A stretch of 63,509 nucleotides of DNA, filler included, from Chiloscyllium plagiosum (taxonomy: Eukaryota): NCBI RefSeq assembly GCF_004010195.1. It is 5 parts of one record of this genome, joined end to end, with 100 filler letters (N's around TTAATTAATTAA, not from the genome) between each part and the next. Parts side by side here need not be neighbours in the genome. Positions count along the whole stretch, not along the records: positions 58,193 to 63,509 come from NC_057711.1; 4 more parts are not named here. The stretch is one strand, 5' to 3'. How positions within the stretch are numbered: the stretch's first letter is position 1; each line of letters starts with the position of its first letter. The notes under the pieces were generated by a model, which was given only the letters and a program-made list of their open reading frames with translations, was not told the DNA's origin and did no database searches. The translations under genes were made by a program, and so were the position numbers. This document shows, piece after piece, positions 63,332 through 63,509 of the stretch.

Positions 63332-63509
63332 GCTTAAAAATGTGTTGCTGGAAAAGCGCAGCAGGTCAGGCAGCATCCAAGGAGAAGGAGAATCGACGTT
63401 TCCGGCATAAGCCCTACTTCAGGAATGAGAGTGTGCCAAGCAGGCTAAGATAAAAGGTAGGGAGGAGGGACTTGGGGGAGGGGCGTTGGGAATGCGATAG
63501 GTGGAAGGA
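63332..63509 (-). mobile_element. PLE pLTR (family A) running off the window, hammerhead core damaged
   Basis: Minus strand reads CTGAAGTAGGGCTTATGCCGGAAACGTC. Confidence 0.85.

Overview
Vertebrate genomic DNA, most likely cartilaginous fish (shark-like repeat repertoire), dominated by transposable elements. No complete host gene is recognisable. The window is joined from at least five pieces by four artificial 100-nt spacers (N44-TTAATTAATTAA-N44) and also has one plain N gap. Repeats include many CR1-type LINE fragments (one with an SGNH-esterase ORF1), a second CR1/L2-group LINE with a partner tRNA-derived SINE, L1 halves, Rex1 and RTE remnants, a decayed Gypsy element, solo LTRs with target-site duplications (TSDs), a decayed Harbinger transposase, Tigger-like MITEs and a DeuSINE. 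The most notable signal is Penelope-like elements (PLEs) of three sequence families carrying about 15 minimal hammerhead-ribozyme motifs. These include a ~415-bp near-perfect hairpin with a ribozyme in each arm, and a ~2-kb TSD-bounded composite insertion in which young PLE ends enclose older CR1 DNA, suggesting PLE-mediated cargo capture. A few weak minus-strand exon candidates lie in repeat-poor islands. All family assignments are by eye from motifs, not from database searches.
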